Virus record (IMG/VR): IMGVR_UViG_3300020442_000017
Location: 28,305 to 92,304 of that record
Origin: a virus
Strand: one strand, 5' to 3'
Length of the DNA: 64,000 nucleotides
Shown here piece after piece: positions 62,876-64,000 of the stretch. The translations under genes were made by a program, and so were the position numbers. The notes beneath the pieces are model-generated. The model was given only the letters and a program-made list of their open reading frames with translations. It searched no databases and was not told the origin of the DNA. Positions within the stretch are counted from its first letter, which is position 1; each line of letters opens with the position of its first letter.

Positions 62876-64000
62876 ACGCATTGTTATTTTTGGTGCAACT
62901 GGTGACCTTGCTAAAAGAAAACTTATTCCAGCACTCTATAAATTATGGCAGAAAAAATTACTGCCACATAACATACTGATTGTTGGTGCTTCTCGTAGAG
63001 AGCATACTAAAGAGTCTTGGTTGAGACATCTTGGAGATTATCCTGAAGACTTTTGTCACTGGTTAGATTTTGTGTCATGCGACTTATCGTGTGAAGAGAG
63101 TTTGAATAAACTTCACGATGCGAGTGCAGATACTACTTACTTTTTATCAGTGCCACCACACACATATGCAGATGCTGTAGTTAATTTAAAGAAGGCAGGA
63201 TTCTTAGATGATCCGCAACGCAGTCGTGTTGTTATTGAAAAACCCTTTGGTAGTGATTCTAAATCTGCTCAGAAATTACAAGATACTATTTCAGATTATA
63301 TTCGTGAATCACAAATATATCGTATAGATCATTATCTTGGTAAAGATACTGTAAACAATATACTTGCTACACGATTCTCTAACACACTACTAGAACCTCT
63401 GTGGAATCGTAATTATATTGATGAGGTTCAAATATATGCGACTGAGACCATCGGGTGTGATGGTAGATCTCAGTACTACGAAACCGCTGGAGCAGTCCGT
63501 GACATGCTTCAGAACCACATGATGCAGTTGATTGCACTAATTGCAATGGAAGCACCGTGTAGGTTGTGTGCGAAAGAGATTCGTAGAGAGAAGATTAAAG
63601 TGCTCTCTGCTGCTCGTTTAGGAGAAAAACTTATTACTGGTCAATACGAGGGATATCGTGCAGAGCATGGTGTAGGACCAGAGTCAGAAACTCCTACTTT
63701 TGTTGCTGGTGATCTTTATATTGATAACTGGAGATGGCAGGGTGTTCCTTTCCATTTTATGACAGGAAAATCTATGCCATATCAATGTGCAGAAGTTGTC
63801 ATTAAATTGAAAGCACCTCCATTGAATCTATTTGAAGGTCATGAATATAATGATCGCATCGTAATGAGATTCCAACCAAACCCTCACCTTGATATTCGTA
63901 TTGATATGAAGGCACCAGGATTAAAAGATGATGTAGAAACTGCTACATTGACTCATCCATATCCAGATGCTGCTGTAGATGGTTACGAAAAACTTTTATA
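62850..64000 (+). CDS. zwf: glucose-6-phosphate 1-dehydrogenase (3'-partial)
   Basis: IVIFGATGDLAKRKLIPALY, VVIEKPFG, YRIDHYLGKDTV, GAVRDMLQNH, NWRWQGVPF; runs off the window end. Confidence 0.96.
   Translation, partial: MMETEPLTRRIVIFGATGDLAKRKLIPALYKLWQKKLLPHNILIVGASRREHTKESWLRHLGDYPEDFCHWLDFVSCDLSCEESLNKLHDASADTTYFLSVPPHTYADAVVNLKKAGFLDDPQRSRVVIEKPFGSDSKSAQKLQDTISDYIRESQIYRIDHYLGKDTVNNILATRFSNTLLEPLWNRNYIDEVQIYATETIGCDGRSQYYETAGAVRDMLQNHMMQLIALIAMEAPCRLCAKEIRREKIKVLSAARLGEKLITGQYEGYRAEHGVGPESETPTFVAGDLYIDNWRWQGVPFHFMTGKSMPYQCAEVVIKLKAPPLNLFEGHEYNDRIVMRFQPNPHLDIRIDMKAPGLKDDVETATLTHPYPDAAVDGYEKLL

Overview
This 64-kb window is part of a T4-like marine cyanophage genome (myovirus of Synechococcus/Prochlorococcus type). 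Essentially all genes are on the + strand. (1) 1-3840: small genes including a partial Zn-deaminase, pyrE and two 2OG-Fe(II) oxygenases. (2) 3840-4290: a symmetric non-coding element with divergent sigma70-like promoters, T-tracts and two inverted pairs of TTTTCCACA boxes, a candidate replication origin. (3) 4050-8080: an early-gene array of small ORFs. It carries eight copies of a palindromic motif at fixed distance from the -10 box, and includes KTSC-like proteins and a DUF3574/SAM-lyase-like protein. (4) 8250-57850: the virion module, with PAAR, a SET-domain gene, gp25, gp6, gp7, gp8, a VrlC-like protein, several tail-fibre or structural genes, and gp13-gp16, mostly preceded by TATAAATA late promoters. 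(5) 57850-64000: an auxiliary metabolic island after g16 with PTOX, petE, gnd, a 43-aa NdhP-like membrane peptide missing from the ORF track, and a partial zwf. No tRNA, CRISPR array, integrase or reverse transcriptase was recognised. All family assignments come from motif recognition by eye, not from database searches.
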